From the NCBI GenBank assembly GCA_007375725.1, contig VMEV01000002.1, forward strand, positions 45,992 to 109,991: DNA of 64,000 nucleotides, written 5' to 3'. This document shows positions 1-10,271 of this stretch, piece after piece. Below the pieces are notes generated by a model. The model did not search any database, was not told the origin of the DNA, and saw only the letters and a program-made list of their open reading frames with translations. The stretch comes from Parcubacteria group bacterium Greene0416_36. GTDB lineage: Bacteria; Patescibacteriota; Patescibacteriia; VMEV01. The position numbers and the translations under genes are program-made. Position 1 is the stretch's first letter. Every line of letters starts with the position of its first letter.

Positions 1-1
1 G

Positions 2-1954
2 GGCACGGCCAAGGCGGATGGCAAGAAAATTTTTGTGGATTCCGAGTCGGCTCGCATGGGATTACGGTTTGCCGGCGTGCTGGAAGATCTGGGGAACCGC
101 ATCAAAATCAGCGCGAATTTTAAAAATTTGAATGAAGGGGAGCGGTCTCTCCGCGTATCTTTTCGTCTCCCTGTGAAGCTCGAAGAGGGGTATTGGTGGA
201 AGGATATTGCCACCCGAGAACTCATCGCCCCGAATACCGATTATGTCAATACCGTTCCTTTTGAAGATCTTTTGTCTGTTTCGGTTTCTTCATTTCCTTT
301 GGCATCGGTTGATTTCAGTGGAAATGGTATTTCCATGGCCCAAAACCCGAAATCTGTGCGCATGATGCGTTTGGCTTATCGAGATGAGGCGGGACTGGTG
401 GGGGAGTATGATTTGGGATTATCTCCCCACACAGCCAGAGTCGCTCCTGGAGAAGCCAATTTTGAGATGATTCTTTTTTCTCATCCCGCAAAATATGGCT
501 ATCGGGGGAGTCTGGATCAGTTTTATAAATTTTATCCGGAGTCTTTTGCCAATCGAGTGAAATTGGAAGATGCCGGAATATTCAGTTTTTCCAGCGATAA
601 AGGTGAAATTGCTGATTTTGGCATGAATTATTACAAAGCGGATACCAATAATATTGCCAGTCTTGAAACTATTGCCGCGGATCCTGGTTTGGATGTGATG
701 GTCTACAATAATCCGCTCGAATATTGGCGAAGTGACGCCGTAGGGAATAATTTTTTCGGCCGTAATTTCAAGTATACGATTGTCTCGGAAGGCTTGGCCC
801 GCACCTTGCTTTTTCGTGATTATGAGGTGGCCTTTATGGATCCCCTATTCAATCTGCCGCGCAATATGCTGACCGCCACGGTCCGAAATAGTGCGCTTTG
901 GATGACAGATAATGCCTCCGACAATTGGTTCAAAAACAGCCTGCCCACGGTCCGTTATCAGGATCCGATTGATTCTTTCATTCTCTATGTCGTGAATCCG
1001 GATTTGGATTTGCCCCGCATGAATTTTGGGAATCTTGTCTGGGGACTTCGCGTGGATCCGGCTCTCAAATCTTCCACTATTCGAGGACTTCTCCAGGGAT
1101 ATTGTGGCCTGGGTTCTTCCGAACGCGGGGATCCTTTCAATTATCGCCGAGATGATTTCGCGGTGTCCGACCATCCCCTGTCCTTTGATCCAAAAGTAAT
1201 GAAACCCGCTTCGATATTGGGCATGTCTTATGTGAAGTATGTGAAGAAAGTCTCGGAAGAAGTGGCCAAGACCGGGCAATATGTTTTTTGTGAGAGTCCC
1301 GAATCCCGCGTGGACTGGTGGTACGCGCCTTATGTCGACGGTTTTTATGTGCCCAAAAAGACGGAATTGTCGTCCTCGGCCATGCGTCCGGGTTCCGAAG
1401 GCAATTATCTCGAACATTTGCGGCTCCTTCGCACCAATGCCAAGGGTAAACCGGTCATTGTCCAAGAGTCCAATTCCACGGACACAGCCCGAGGAGGCAT
1501 TGATTATCGCGAATATATCCGCAAATCGGTTCTCTATGGTGTATTTCCTGGATTGTCTTCCCTGACCAAGGATAAGTCCGCTTTTCCTTATCTGGACTAT
1601 CATGCGGACATGAAGGTTTATATGCCTATCGTGAAGTCTCTCTATTCCGCCGGATGGCAGAGTATGACCTATGCCTCGGCCAATCATGCAAATATTTTGA
1701 TGGAGCGGTTTGGATCGAGCCAGGGTGGCAATCTCCTATTCACGATCTACAATAATTCAGCTACTCCCGTTGATTTTAAACTCTCACTTCCCAAAACCGA
1801 TTTAGCCTTGGGAGAAACGATTGTGATGGATAATCTCGTTACCAACTCAAAGATTTCCTCCACATTCAATGCGGACATTTTCATCGCGAATATGTCGCTG
1901 GGGGCAGGGGAATTGGCAGTACTCCGCGTCACGTCATCCCCGAGAGCCCCGTAG
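2..1954 (+). CDS. Large hypothetical protein, 5'-truncated by the window edge (possibly carbohydrate-active, glycoside-hydrolase-like)
   Basis: Frame is open from position 2 to TAG at 1952-1954. Tyr/Trp/Asp-rich core and beta-rich C-terminus. No diagnostic motif, so the function is a guess. Confidence 0.6.
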   Translation, partial: GTAKADGKKIFVDSESARMGLRFAGVLEDLGNRIKISANFKNLNEGERSLRVSFRLPVKLEEGYWWKDIATRELIAPNTDYVNTVPFEDLLSVSVSSFPLASVDFSGNGISMAQNPKSVRMMRLAYRDEAGLVGEYDLGLSPHTARVAPGEANFEMILFSHPAKYGYRGSLDQFYKFYPESFANRVKLEDAGIFSFSSDKGEIADFGMNYYKADTNNIASLETIAADPGLDVMVYNNPLEYWRSDAVGNNFFGRNFKYTIVSEGLARTLLFRDYEVAFMDPLFNLPRNMLTATVRNSALWMTDNASDNWFKNSLPTVRYQDPIDSFILYVVNPDLDLPRMNFGNLVWGLRVDPALKSSTIRGLLQGYCGLGSSERGDPFNYRRDDFAVSDHPLSFDPKVMKPASILGMSYVKYVKKVSEEVAKTGQYVFCESPESRVDWWYAPYVDGFYVPKKTELSSSAMRPGSEGNYLEHLRLLRTNAKGKPVIVQESNSTDTARGGIDYREYIRKSVLYGVFPGLSSLTKDKSAFPYLDYHADMKVYMPIVKSLYSAGWQSMTYASANHANILMERFGSSQGGNLLFTIYNNSATPVDFKLSLPKTDLALGETIVMDNLVTNSKISSTFNADIFIANMSLGAGELAVLRVTSSPRAP

Positions 1955-1971
1955 TTGGTTCTCACGAATAT

Positions 1972-2050
1972 AAATCCCTCCCCAACCCTCCCTTTGACAA
2001 GGGAGGGGGTAGCAGCCTCCCCCTTGTCAAAGGGGGACTGAGGGGGATTT
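1972..2050. repeat. Family-A palindromic mini-element (AAATCCC...CCCTTTGACAAGGG...CCCTTGTCAAAGGG...GGGATTT)
   Basis: Two internal hairpins plus terminal inverted repeats; near-identical copies at 5383-5469, 43838-43932 and 51613-51700. Confidence 0.85.
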
Positions 2051-2155
2051 GGTGTTTGCCTTCTACACCCTTACTTTTTCCAATTTCAAAAGCCAGCTTG
2101 AATTACTTCTCGCTGGCTTTCTTGTTGCTTATCTCGTTCGTAGCTCTTTATTCTT

Positions 2156-2347
2156 CTATTTCGCCACCCTCCTTGGCAAGGGAATAATGTCGACTTGGGT
2201 TCGTCCCATTATATTTGCTTTAGGGATCGGACGGATTTTTGGGACCGGTCTATAATTTTTTTGTTTTGGTTTCTGGGGCAATTGGGACAATTGTAGGTCT
2301 AATTTAATTCCAAGTCCTGATATTAAGACGATCAATATTACTTGCAT
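2156..2347 (-). CDS. Small orphan ORF (63 aa), hydrophobic N-terminus and basic Pro-rich tail
   Basis: ATG preceded by AGGAG; lies just downstream of the 2392-2871 ORF on the same strand. Confidence 0.35.
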   Translation of the reverse strand: MQVILIVLISGLGIKLDLQLSQLPQKPKQKNYRPVPKIRPIPKANIMGRTQVDIIPLPRRVAK

Positions 2348-2391
2348 TATTGACTCCTGAAAATTTAAAAAAATACGAATGGATCACAATT

Positions 2392-2871
2392 TTATTTTTG
2401 ATAGTGACCTAAAAGAGCACAAGTTGCCCTTACTATGATAGGTCTTTTTTGTTCGGGAGCGAGACATACAAAATTGGTTATCTGTACATCTTGAGCGCTT
2501 GTCGTTTTTCGTCCTAGGTAGACTAGCTGGGCAAAAATCCATACTGCCTCATGTTCATTTATTTCTAGCTCGGTTTTTAACGTTTCAATAGGAGCTGTTT
2601 TTATTGCCTCTAGAGTCTTTTTGGGAATGAGTCGTTGTACGAGTTCTGCAATAGATTTGGACAGTGCTTTTTCTTTTTTTGAGAGTCCTACGACTTCCTC
2701 AATCATAACAACGGCAGGCGCTACAAGAAGGTGGGTTTTTGGTACCTCTTTCCCACCTAGATTATTCCAACACAACATATCTTTTAATATTGCTGTATCT
2801 TGCTTGCTCAGATTGATTTCTTTGCATCTATCCATGAATTTCTGTTCTGCTGGATGAATCTGCTTCTCCAT
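2392..2871 (-). CDS. Hypothetical protein (AT-rich orphan)
   Basis: ORF track 2392..2934. The ATG at 2871 is preceded by AAAGGA, so it is taken as the start. Confidence 0.6.
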   Translation of the reverse strand: MEKQIHPAEQKFMDRCKEINLSKQDTAILKDMLCWNNLGGKEVPKTHLLVAPAVVMIEEVVGLSKKEKALSKSIAELVQRLIPKKTLEAIKTAPIETLKTELEINEHEAVWIFAQLVYLGRKTTSAQDVQITNFVCLAPEQKRPIIVRATCALLGHYQK

Positions 2872-3149
2872 GATGGTTTCCTTTGATTTGAAATGTACGG
2901 TTCGTGAATTTAAAAAGTGTTCTATGCTTAACATGCATTTATTATCTTGTCAAGTTCTTATTTGCCTTTAATTATGATAAAAAAGAAGGGATACTGACAT
3001 GGGATTGCTTCTCTTCGCTAAAGTGCGAAGATCGCAATGACAGTTGTTGGTATTGTTTATTTCTAAATAGGTCTTTCAGTCCGGAATCAGGTAGGCTATG
3101 AAACAATTTTTCGTAGTCTAGAGAATTCGGATTGAGGATGCAATATTTT

Positions 3150-5363
3150 ATGATGCTCGAACAGAATTTTGTCCTGCCATGGGCCGGACGAGAATTGAAA
3201 GTCACCTTGGGGAAAATGGCGTGGCAGACCAATGGCAGCGCTTTGGTGAGCTATGGAGGGACTCAGGTCTTGGCGGCCGTGGTCATGGGGCCGGAACGTG
3301 CGGGAGTGGATTTTTTTCCGCTCATGGTGGAATTTGAAGAGAAAATGTACGCGGCAGGAAAGATCAAGGGATCGCGTTTCATCAAACGAGAAACCAGACC
3401 CTCCGATGAAGCCGTATTGTCCGCTCGATTGGTGGATCGTACTGTGCGCCCTCTTTTCTCACAAAAAATCCGCCGAGATGTGCAGCTTGTTTTGACCGTG
3501 CTCTCAGTCGATGACGAGAGTCCGTCGGATGTACCGTCGCTCGTGGCAGGTGCCTTGGCCCTCCACATTTCTGATATTCCATGGGCCGGACCGGTTGCCG
3601 GCGTACGCGTGGCCAAGCTCGATGGCTCGTGGATTGTGAATCCGACCAATGATCAGCGGGAGAAGTCACAGGCGGAATTGATCGTGGCCGGAAGCGGAGA
3701 GACCACCATCATGATCGAATGCGGGGCCAATGAAGTGAATGAGGCTGATACCTTGGCCGCGATTGATTTGGCTCAAACAAATTTAGGGCCGGTGGTGAAG
3801 TGGATGAATGAAATTCGAACTAAAGCCGGAAAACCCAAACTTGATTTATTGTCCCTCAAGACTGAGACGGAAAAAGAATTGTATCGCAATGTGGAAGAGA
3901 TGAAAGAAAAAATTGAGGCTTTGATTGAAAAGTCCGTGAATCAATATTTGTTGGACAGCGCCAAAGGAACTAAGCAGCTTCGCAAAGAATCCATCAAAAC
4001 CATGCAGACCGAAATCAAGGCCGCTCTTTTGGGCGAAGGTTTGAATGAGGAGGTCTTGAATTTGGCCCTGGCGGATTTTAAAATGATGGTCGAATTGTAT
4101 GTGTCCAAAGCGATTTTGGAGCAGGGTTTACGCGTGGATGGACGCAAATTGGACGAGATCCGCCCTCTCAAATTGGAAGTGGGAACGCTCGAGAGAACCC
4201 ATGGCAGCGCTCTGTTTTCTCGCGGGGAAACGCAAGTATTGTCCGTGGTTACTCTCGGCGCGCCCGGAGACGAGCAGACACTTGACGGCATGGAAGAAGA
4301 TGGAACGAAACGATACATGCATCATTATAATTTTCCGGGTTATGCCGTGGGCGAGGCCAAGCCTTTCCGCGGACCTTCCCGCCGAGATATCGGTCATGGC
4401 GCCTTGGCTGAAAAGGCCGTCGCCCTCATGCTTCCCCCGAAGGATCAGTTTCCCTATACCGTCCGCGTGGTGTCTGAGACCCTCACTTCCAATGGTTCGA
4501 GTTCCATGGCATCCGTGTGCGGATCGACTTTGTCACTGCTCGACGCCGGTGTTCCGATCCGACGACCGGTGGCGGGTATCGCCATGGGCATTGCCACCAA
4601 TGAATCCGGCAAGTTTCGCGTATTCACCGACCTTCAAGATCTCGAAGATTCTGAGGGAGGTATGGATTTCAAGATCGCGGGAACTCGGGAAGGCATCACT
4701 TCCATCCAAATGGACACCAAAACCAATGGCCTTACCCGAGAAATGATCAAAACCACCTTAGACATGGCCAGAAAAGCCAGATTCGAAATTTTGGACGCGA
4801 TCGCGGCGGTCATCCCCACTCATCGAAAGGAATTATCTCCCTATGCTCCCCGCATTGAGGTGATCAAGATCAATCCCGAGAAAATCGGCGATGTCATTGG
4901 TCCCGGCGGCAAGATCATCCGCGAGATCACGGAGAAGAGTGGCGCGACTATTGATATTGAACAGGACGGCACGGTATTCATTTCCGCCAAGAGCCCCGAG
5001 TCTATGAAAATTGCCTCGGACTGGGTCCGCAATTTGACCCGCGAGGTCATGGCCGGCGAAGTATTTGAAAATGCGAAAGTCATGCGCCTTATGGATTTCG
5101 GTGCTTTCTGCGAAGTATTGCCTGGTCAGGAAGGGCTGGTGCATGTTTCAGAAATTTCCTATGCCCGCACCAATCTGCCGTCGGACGTTCTCCAAGTCGG
5201 CGATATCGTAAAAGTCAAAGTCCTCGAAATCGATTCCATGGGCCGCATGAATTTGTCCATGAAAGCGCTATTGCCCAAGCCAGAAGGTTATATCGAACAG
5301 CCGCGAGCTCCAAGGCGAGAGGGTCCTCCAAGAGGGGGGCGAGGCGGGGGATTTAGACGGTAG
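3150..5363 (+). CDS. pnp: Polyribonucleotide nucleotidyltransferase (PNPase)
   Basis: Two RNase PH domains (DFFPL, RRDIGHG, SNGSSSMAS, MDFKIAG), KH domain (IGPGGK) and S1 domain. Confidence 0.97.
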   Translation: MMLEQNFVLPWAGRELKVTLGKMAWQTNGSALVSYGGTQVLAAVVMGPERAGVDFFPLMVEFEEKMYAAGKIKGSRFIKRETRPSDEAVLSARLVDRTVRPLFSQKIRRDVQLVLTVLSVDDESPSDVPSLVAGALALHISDIPWAGPVAGVRVAKLDGSWIVNPTNDQREKSQAELIVAGSGETTIMIECGANEVNEADTLAAIDLAQTNLGPVVKWMNEIRTKAGKPKLDLLSLKTETEKELYRNVEEMKEKIEALIEKSVNQYLLDSAKGTKQLRKESIKTMQTEIKAALLGEGLNEEVLNLALADFKMMVELYVSKAILEQGLRVDGRKLDEIRPLKLEVGTLERTHGSALFSRGETQVLSVVTLGAPGDEQTLDGMEEDGTKRYMHHYNFPGYAVGEAKPFRGPSRRDIGHGALAEKAVALMLPPKDQFPYTVRVVSETLTSNGSSSMASVCGSTLSLLDAGVPIRRPVAGIAMGIATNESGKFRVFTDLQDLEDSEGGMDFKIAGTREGITSIQMDTKTNGLTREMIKTTLDMARKARFEILDAIAAVIPTHRKELSPYAPRIEVIKINPEKIGDVIGPGGKIIREITEKSGATIDIEQDGTVFISAKSPESMKIASDWVRNLTREVMAGEVFENAKVMRLMDFGAFCEVLPGQEGLVHVSEISYARTNLPSDVLQVGDIVKVKVLEIDSMGRMNLSMKALLPKPEGYIEQPRAPRREGPPRGGRGGGFRR

Positions 5364-5382
5364 AAAACATTAGGGCAAAAAG

Positions 5383-5469
5383 CAACAAATCCCCCTCAAT
5401 CCCCCTTTGACAAGGGGGAGGCTGCTACTCCCTCCCTTGTCAAAGGGAGGGCTGGGGAGGGATTTGTTG
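5383..5469. repeat. Family-A palindromic mini-element, inverted relative to 1972-2050
   Basis: Matches the reverse complement of the 1972-2050 copy; located just after the pnp stop. Confidence 0.85.
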
Positions 5470-5504
5470 TTTGATCATTAAATATCACTTTTTAAAAGAT
5501 AGAT

Positions 5505-6866
5505 ATGAAACATTTTTTGTTCATTCTTTCGCTTTTATTTGTCGCCCTCCCCGCCGCCGCCTTTACTCCTCTCGAACAGCAGTCGGTGGTCAAAATTGAA
5601 GTTTTTCGAAATGTGGGGGATCGGGACGCGGTACAGCAGGGGTCGGGGTTTTTTGTGAATTATGAGGGGTGTGCGGTCACCACGGCTCACGTGCTTTATA
5701 ACCAGCTTAATCGCAGTGAAGTATTTCCCGTGATTAAAATTTACGTGCCAGAAAATATCCGCAAGAATCCGGTCTCGCATGGATTGGCCGATATTCGTTA
5801 TTTGGATCCCAAACTCGATGTGGCGGTTGTGTGCCTTCGAGATCCTCACGGATTTTTTTATCATCCCTTATCTCTGCTTCCTGCTGGAGAATACAATAAT
5901 CTCGAGATTGGCGAACTCATGTATTTGGGAGGGTATCCCATTATCGGGGGATCGACTCCCGTGTATTCGCAGTCCCATATCGTAGGATTTTGGGACAATC
6001 CCAATTTATCCGAGCTCCTCAAACTCGATTATTTCGATGCGCAAAATATCACCTTGTTCAAGGTGGATGGGATCATGGGCCCCGGAGGTTCCGGCGGGCC
6101 GGTACTCTCTGCCAAGCGGGGTAATGCGGTGGTTGGCATGGTTTTCGCCTCCAGCCTCTCTCCCAGCGGCATCAATTTTCTGCTTTCCTCCGATACCATC
6201 CAAAAAGGTTTGGATACCTATCGTGCCGTAGAGAATCAAAAAGCCTCGACGGACTCGCCTTGCGTCTTTGATCCGGCCAAGGGGCTTTATGGGAAGAACG
6301 GGAAGGATTTTTATGATATGCTTTGTTCCCGCTTCCGTGACCCGAAAACTGAGCAGGTAGTATCTCTCAACTATGAGGACCGGTGCAAACGTCCTATGCC
6401 TCGCCAGCGGCTCTACGATGCCTCATCTTACATTATCTCAGGACGCGGGAATGTGGATTCTCTCTGGCAGTATTTGATTAAATTGTGTTCTCCCGAGCCC
6501 GCAGGGGCGAAAGACCCCTCGCCCCTGCCTTCTCCTCGAAATGGAGAAGTGTCGATCCCCAAAATAGGAGAGGGTTCTCTTTTAGTCGAGAAAATATTCG
6601 CTTATGGGAAACCCCGAGTGGAGGATTTGAAGACGGAACAGTCCGCCGCTCTGAAATTAAAAAGCGAATTGGTGAAAATTCTCGGCGCCAAAAATCTCAA
6701 AATCTCCGATAAAAATTGGTCATCCTTGGTCAATGCTTATGTCTACGGCCAATATCCCATCCCCGCCATCGCCCGCTCCATTCAGCTGGGCGGCTACACC
6801 GTCCACCCCCAAATTGCCTTTGGCGAGTGGAAGAAATCGGGGGATTATGCCAGGGGGATGAAATAG
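5505..6866 (+). CDS. Secreted trypsin-like serine protease with C-terminal extension
   Basis: Signal peptide; GSGF, TTAHV, DVAV and GGSGGP triad motifs. Confidence 0.8.
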   Translation: MKHFLFILSLLFVALPAAAFTPLEQQSVVKIEVFRNVGDRDAVQQGSGFFVNYEGCAVTTAHVLYNQLNRSEVFPVIKIYVPENIRKNPVSHGLADIRYLDPKLDVAVVCLRDPHGFFYHPLSLLPAGEYNNLEIGELMYLGGYPIIGGSTPVYSQSHIVGFWDNPNLSELLKLDYFDAQNITLFKVDGIMGPGGSGGPVLSAKRGNAVVGMVFASSLSPSGINFLLSSDTIQKGLDTYRAVENQKASTDSPCVFDPAKGLYGKNGKDFYDMLCSRFRDPKTEQVVSLNYEDRCKRPMPRQRLYDASSYIISGRGNVDSLWQYLIKLCSPEPAGAKDPSPLPSPRNGEVSIPKIGEGSLLVEKIFAYGKPRVEDLKTEQSAALKLKSELVKILGAKNLKISDKNWSSLVNAYVYGQYPIPAIARSIQLGGYTVHPQIAFGEWKKSGDYARGMK

Positions 6867-6882
6867 AAATAAACAACAAATT

Positions 6883-6977
6883 AGCAACAAACCCATCCCT
6901 AACCCTTCCCTTAACAAGGAAGGGAACAGCAACAAACATCCCCCTTATTTAGGGGAGGAGGAGAGGGGTTTGTTGCT
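6883..6977. repeat. Family-A variant element
   Basis: AGCAACAAACCC...GGGTTTGTTGCT terminal inverted repeats with a CCCTTCCCTTAACAAGGAAGGG hairpin; an inverted half-copy is at 46113-46156. Confidence 0.75.
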
Positions 6978-6992
6978 TACTTTCTATTATAT

Positions 6993-8147
6993 ATGTCTCT
7001 ATTTTTCAAACGTATATTGTTTTTGATGGTCTGTTTGTTTATGCTGCCCCTTTCCGGCTTTGCACAAGAGGCCGTCGAATATGTTCCCAATGAATATTTT
7101 AAGGCGAAAGTAATCGAGGTTCTCGAAGAGGGGGAAATTGAGAAATATGAAGGGGTGAAAGAGACGTATCAAAAAGTGAGGATTGAATTGTTGGATGGGG
7201 CGGAGGCGGGGAAGCGAATGGATCTCGAGCAGGGAAAAACATTCACGCTTCAGAAAAATCAAGTAGTGGCCAAGGGAGAAAGTGTCGTGGTGATCAAAAC
7301 GCCGGTGGGGGAGAATATCCAGTATTTTATTACGGATTCGTACCGTCTGAGTTCCATGGCGTGGCTACTTGCTTTTTTCGTGGCTCTGACGGTATGGGTC
7401 GGGAGGAAGCGCGGGGCCATGTCTTTTTTGGGACTCGTTTTTTCGATTGCGGTCCTCTATTGGGTCATTCTGCCACTATTTGCCAAAGGATATAGCGCTC
7501 TCTGGGTAGGAATTTTGGGAGCTATCGGCATTGCGACGATTTCGATTTATGTCTCTCATGGTAGGAATATCAAATCCACGATTTCTCTCGTTTCTATTAT
7601 TTTGTCACTGATTCTGACAACTATCGTTTCTTATTTGGCGGTAGGGGGAGCGCATTTGCTGGGGCTGGGATCGGAGGAATCGGTATTTGTCGGGCAACTT
7701 ACGACCTTGGATCTCCAGGGGCTTTTACTCGCGGCCATGATTTTGGGAGCACTCGGCGTACTCGATGATATTGTCACGGCGCAGGTTTCGTCGATTTACG
7801 AACTTCGTCGCGCGAATCCGGCTCTGGGATTTCGGGAGCTCTATCGCCGGGGCCTCAATATCGGAAAAGATCATATTGCCTCGCTTGTGAATACCTTGGT
7901 TCTGGCCTATGTCGGCGCGAGTCTGCCTCTATTTTTACTGTTTTACCTCGACAGCCAGGTCCCATTCTGGGTGACGCTCAATAGCGAGACGATTGCTCAG
8001 GAGGTGATCCGAACCCTGTCCGGCAGTATCGGCCTCGTTTTGTCCGTGCCGATCGCGACCTCGCTCGCGGCGTGGGTGTTTGGGAGGAGGGAGTTGGTGG
8101 TGGCTTCGGGGGAGAATTCTGATAGTCATGCGGGGCATGGGCATTGA
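6993..8147 (+). CDS. YibE/F family membrane protein
   Basis: N-terminal beta domain, many TM helices, GALGVLDD and G(K)DHIASLVNTLVLAYVG motifs; His-rich tail HAGHGH. Confidence 0.88.
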   Translation: MSLFFKRILFLMVCLFMLPLSGFAQEAVEYVPNEYFKAKVIEVLEEGEIEKYEGVKETYQKVRIELLDGAEAGKRMDLEQGKTFTLQKNQVVAKGESVVVIKTPVGENIQYFITDSYRLSSMAWLLAFFVALTVWVGRKRGAMSFLGLVFSIAVLYWVILPLFAKGYSALWVGILGAIGIATISIYVSHGRNIKSTISLVSIILSLILTTIVSYLAVGGAHLLGLGSEESVFVGQLTTLDLQGLLLAAMILGALGVLDDIVTAQVSSIYELRRANPALGFRELYRRGLNIGKDHIASLVNTLVLAYVGASLPLFLLFYLDSQVPFWVTLNSETIAQEVIRTLSGSIGLVLSVPIATSLAAWVFGRRELVVASGENSDSHAGHGH

Positions 8148-8426
8148 TTTTTATTTGCTAAATTAATTGAAAATCTAGTTGCCGAGGAATCCTCGGCAAC
8201 TGTTTCGCATTTGAGCGACGCAAAAATTGAAAGAATTGGCGAAATTTAATCAGAAGCAATTAAAGTAAAAAATAAGATACATTGGATATCTTATTTTATG
8301 CGGCTTTATTCAAAACTTCGGTATTTCTCATGTAAGAAATCCTTTAGAAAAGATGAAAGATTTATAAAGTACTAAACTAGGAATAAAATTACACCTCATA
8401 ATTATTTTCGTCAATAGTTGTATTGG

Positions 8427-8535
8427 CTGAGTCACCTGCACTTTGCGGATGTCCTTTATTTGTAGAGACGCGCCATGGCGCGTCTCTACAAATAAAGGAC
8501 AAAATTCCGTAGCTTCCTAGGTGCAGGTGATTCAG
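8427..8535. repeat. Long fold-back: perfect 50-bp palindrome (8451-8500) with a GTAGAGACGCGCC core, inside an outer 15-bp stem
   Basis: CTGAGTCACCTGCAC/GTGCAGGTGATTCAG outer stem; the same 28-nt core recurs at 36872-36899. Confidence 0.85.
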
Positions 8536-8631
8536 TTGTATTGGGTTTTGTAAATTATGAATTAAGAACCGCCTTGACTTGTCCGGCACAAGGTTTAATG
8601 TGAGTTCAAAATATTCTTAACTCCATTTCTT

Positions 8632-9639
8632 ATGCAATCTCAAATTTTGACTTCTTCCACGGAGATCACGCGCGCGACGAAGAAGGAACTGATGGATGCG
8701 TATCACGAACTACTCAAGAAATATAAGGATGATTCTGTATCCTCAGAATCAAAATCTGGGGATCCAAAAAAGGAGTCGGATATAAAAGAATCCGGGCCGG
8801 TTTTTTCGACAGGCAAAGATATTTTTGAGTCTATTCATGCGGCTCGTGGATCGGTGCAAGATTTTCTAGGTCAAATAGAGGGATTGCTGATGGGGAAATT
8901 TTCGGAACTCAAAAAGATGGAAGAGCAGCTGGCACATGGGCAGTCGCAATTAAAACTCCAGTATGATATTGAGGCCAATTCAGCTTCTCTCCTCGCTTTG
9001 ATTCGTGCTAATGATGAGAGCCGGCAGAAATTTGATAAGGAAAAAACAGCCCAGAAACAATTGTGGGCGGAAGAAGTGGAAGCCTCTGGGAAGCAGCGAA
9101 AAAGAGATGAGGAGGAATATTTGTATGCCTTGGAAATCAAAAAGAAAAAAGACGCCGAAGAGCAGGCGGAGATGCGAAAGAAATTTGATCAAGAAATTCA
9201 TTCTAGGGAGAAAGTTTTGATTGACCGCGAGAAAAATATGGCCGATAAAGAATCGGAATTCACCCGCCTCCAGGCTTTGGTCTCGAATTTTGACGCGCGC
9301 ATTGAAGAGACTCGCAAACATGCAGCTGCGGAAACGGAAAAAAGGCTGAAAATCGAGCATGAGGTGGCCATGACCCTTCTGAAAAAAGAAATGGATACTC
9401 AAAAAATAGTGGATTCTTCGAAAATTCATACTCTGGAATCCTTGATGGAATCGCAAAAACAAGGTGTGCGCGAACTTCAGGAGCAGCTTGCCAAGGCCAA
9501 TTCTCAAGTGCAGGAAGTGGTTCTGCGCACCATCGACAGCTCCGCGGGCGGCAAGGCCCTAGATGCGGTTAATAAAATCGCCCTAGAGCAGGCCAAAGGC
9601 GGGGTTTCTCAAAATAAATTCGGCAATAATCGGAATTGA
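8632..9639 (+). CDS. Coiled-coil hypothetical protein
   Basis: 335-aa E/K/Q-rich heptad sequence. Confidence 0.75.
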   Translation: MQSQILTSSTEITRATKKELMDAYHELLKKYKDDSVSSESKSGDPKKESDIKESGPVFSTGKDIFESIHAARGSVQDFLGQIEGLLMGKFSELKKMEEQLAHGQSQLKLQYDIEANSASLLALIRANDESRQKFDKEKTAQKQLWAEEVEASGKQRKRDEEEYLYALEIKKKKDAEEQAEMRKKFDQEIHSREKVLIDREKNMADKESEFTRLQALVSNFDARIEETRKHAAAETEKRLKIEHEVAMTLLKKEMDTQKIVDSSKIHTLESLMESQKQGVRELQEQLAKANSQVQEVVLRTIDSSAGGKALDAVNKIALEQAKGGVSQNKFGNNRN

Positions 9640-9658
9640 TTTGATGAAAAAAACTATA

Positions 9659-9708
9659 AAAAAGTGTAAGGGGTCCGACGTTACGTCGGACCCCTTACAC
9701 TTTTTTTA
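9659..9708. terminator. REP-like palindrome acting as a probable bidirectional terminator
   Basis: A-tract, GTAAGGGGTCCGACG-tta-CGTCGGACCCCTTAC, T-tract, between convergent genes. Confidence 0.75.
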
Positions 9709-9709
9709 C

Positions 9710-10132
9710 TTATCCGCAATCCCCGCACTTCCCATAAAACTCGATTTTATGATTCTCGATGGAGAATTTATTCTTTGATTCGATATTTTTTTCAATTTTT
9801 GACACAAGCATTTCATCCAGCCGTATGTGGTAAATATGCTGGCAGGTATTGCAGAGAAAATGATGGTGGTGGTCTTCTTTGCTAGAGGCCTCGTATCTTT
9901 TTTTGCCCTCTCCCAAATCGATTTCCGATACTAATTTTTTCTTTATAAGAGTCGATAACGCCCGATAAATTGAGGTTTTATTGAGGCTTATTTTTTTTGT
10001 TTTGAGCGATGAGAGGATTTCAGGCACGGAAATAGGGGCGTTTTTTTCAAGAATCTCGAGTATTTCTTTTTTCCCCTGACTCAATTTGAGTCCGGCGGCG
10101 GCGATTTTTTCTTCGATGGAGAGTTTATTCAT
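9710..10132 (-). CDS. Fur-family transcriptional regulator (Zur-like)
   Basis: SIYRAL wHTH, HHHHFLCxxC and C-terminal YGKCxxC; start set at ATG 10132. Confidence 0.9.
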   Translation of the reverse strand: MNKLSIEEKIAAAGLKLSQGKKEILEILEKNAPISVPEILSSLKTKKISLNKTSIYRALSTLIKKKLVSEIDLGEGKKRYEASSKEDHHHHFLCNTCQHIYHIRLDEMLVSKIEKNIESKNKFSIENHKIEFYGKCGDCG

Positions 10133-10142
10133 ATTAAAACTT

Positions 10143-10164
10143 AATATGCAACTATGTTGCGTTT
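10143..10164. promoter_or_regulatory. Putative autoregulatory Fur/Zur-type operator
   Basis: Imperfect inverted repeat ATGCAAC-tat-GTTGCGT directly upstream of the regulator start. Confidence 0.35.
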
Positions 10165-10271
10165 GCAATATAAATGTGTTCGGGAAAAGAGTCAATAGGT
10201 GGCTCTTTTTTTATTTTGTCCGACATTGGAAAGGGTCGGTTTTATTTATTTTTTATAGGTTGAAAGGGGTG

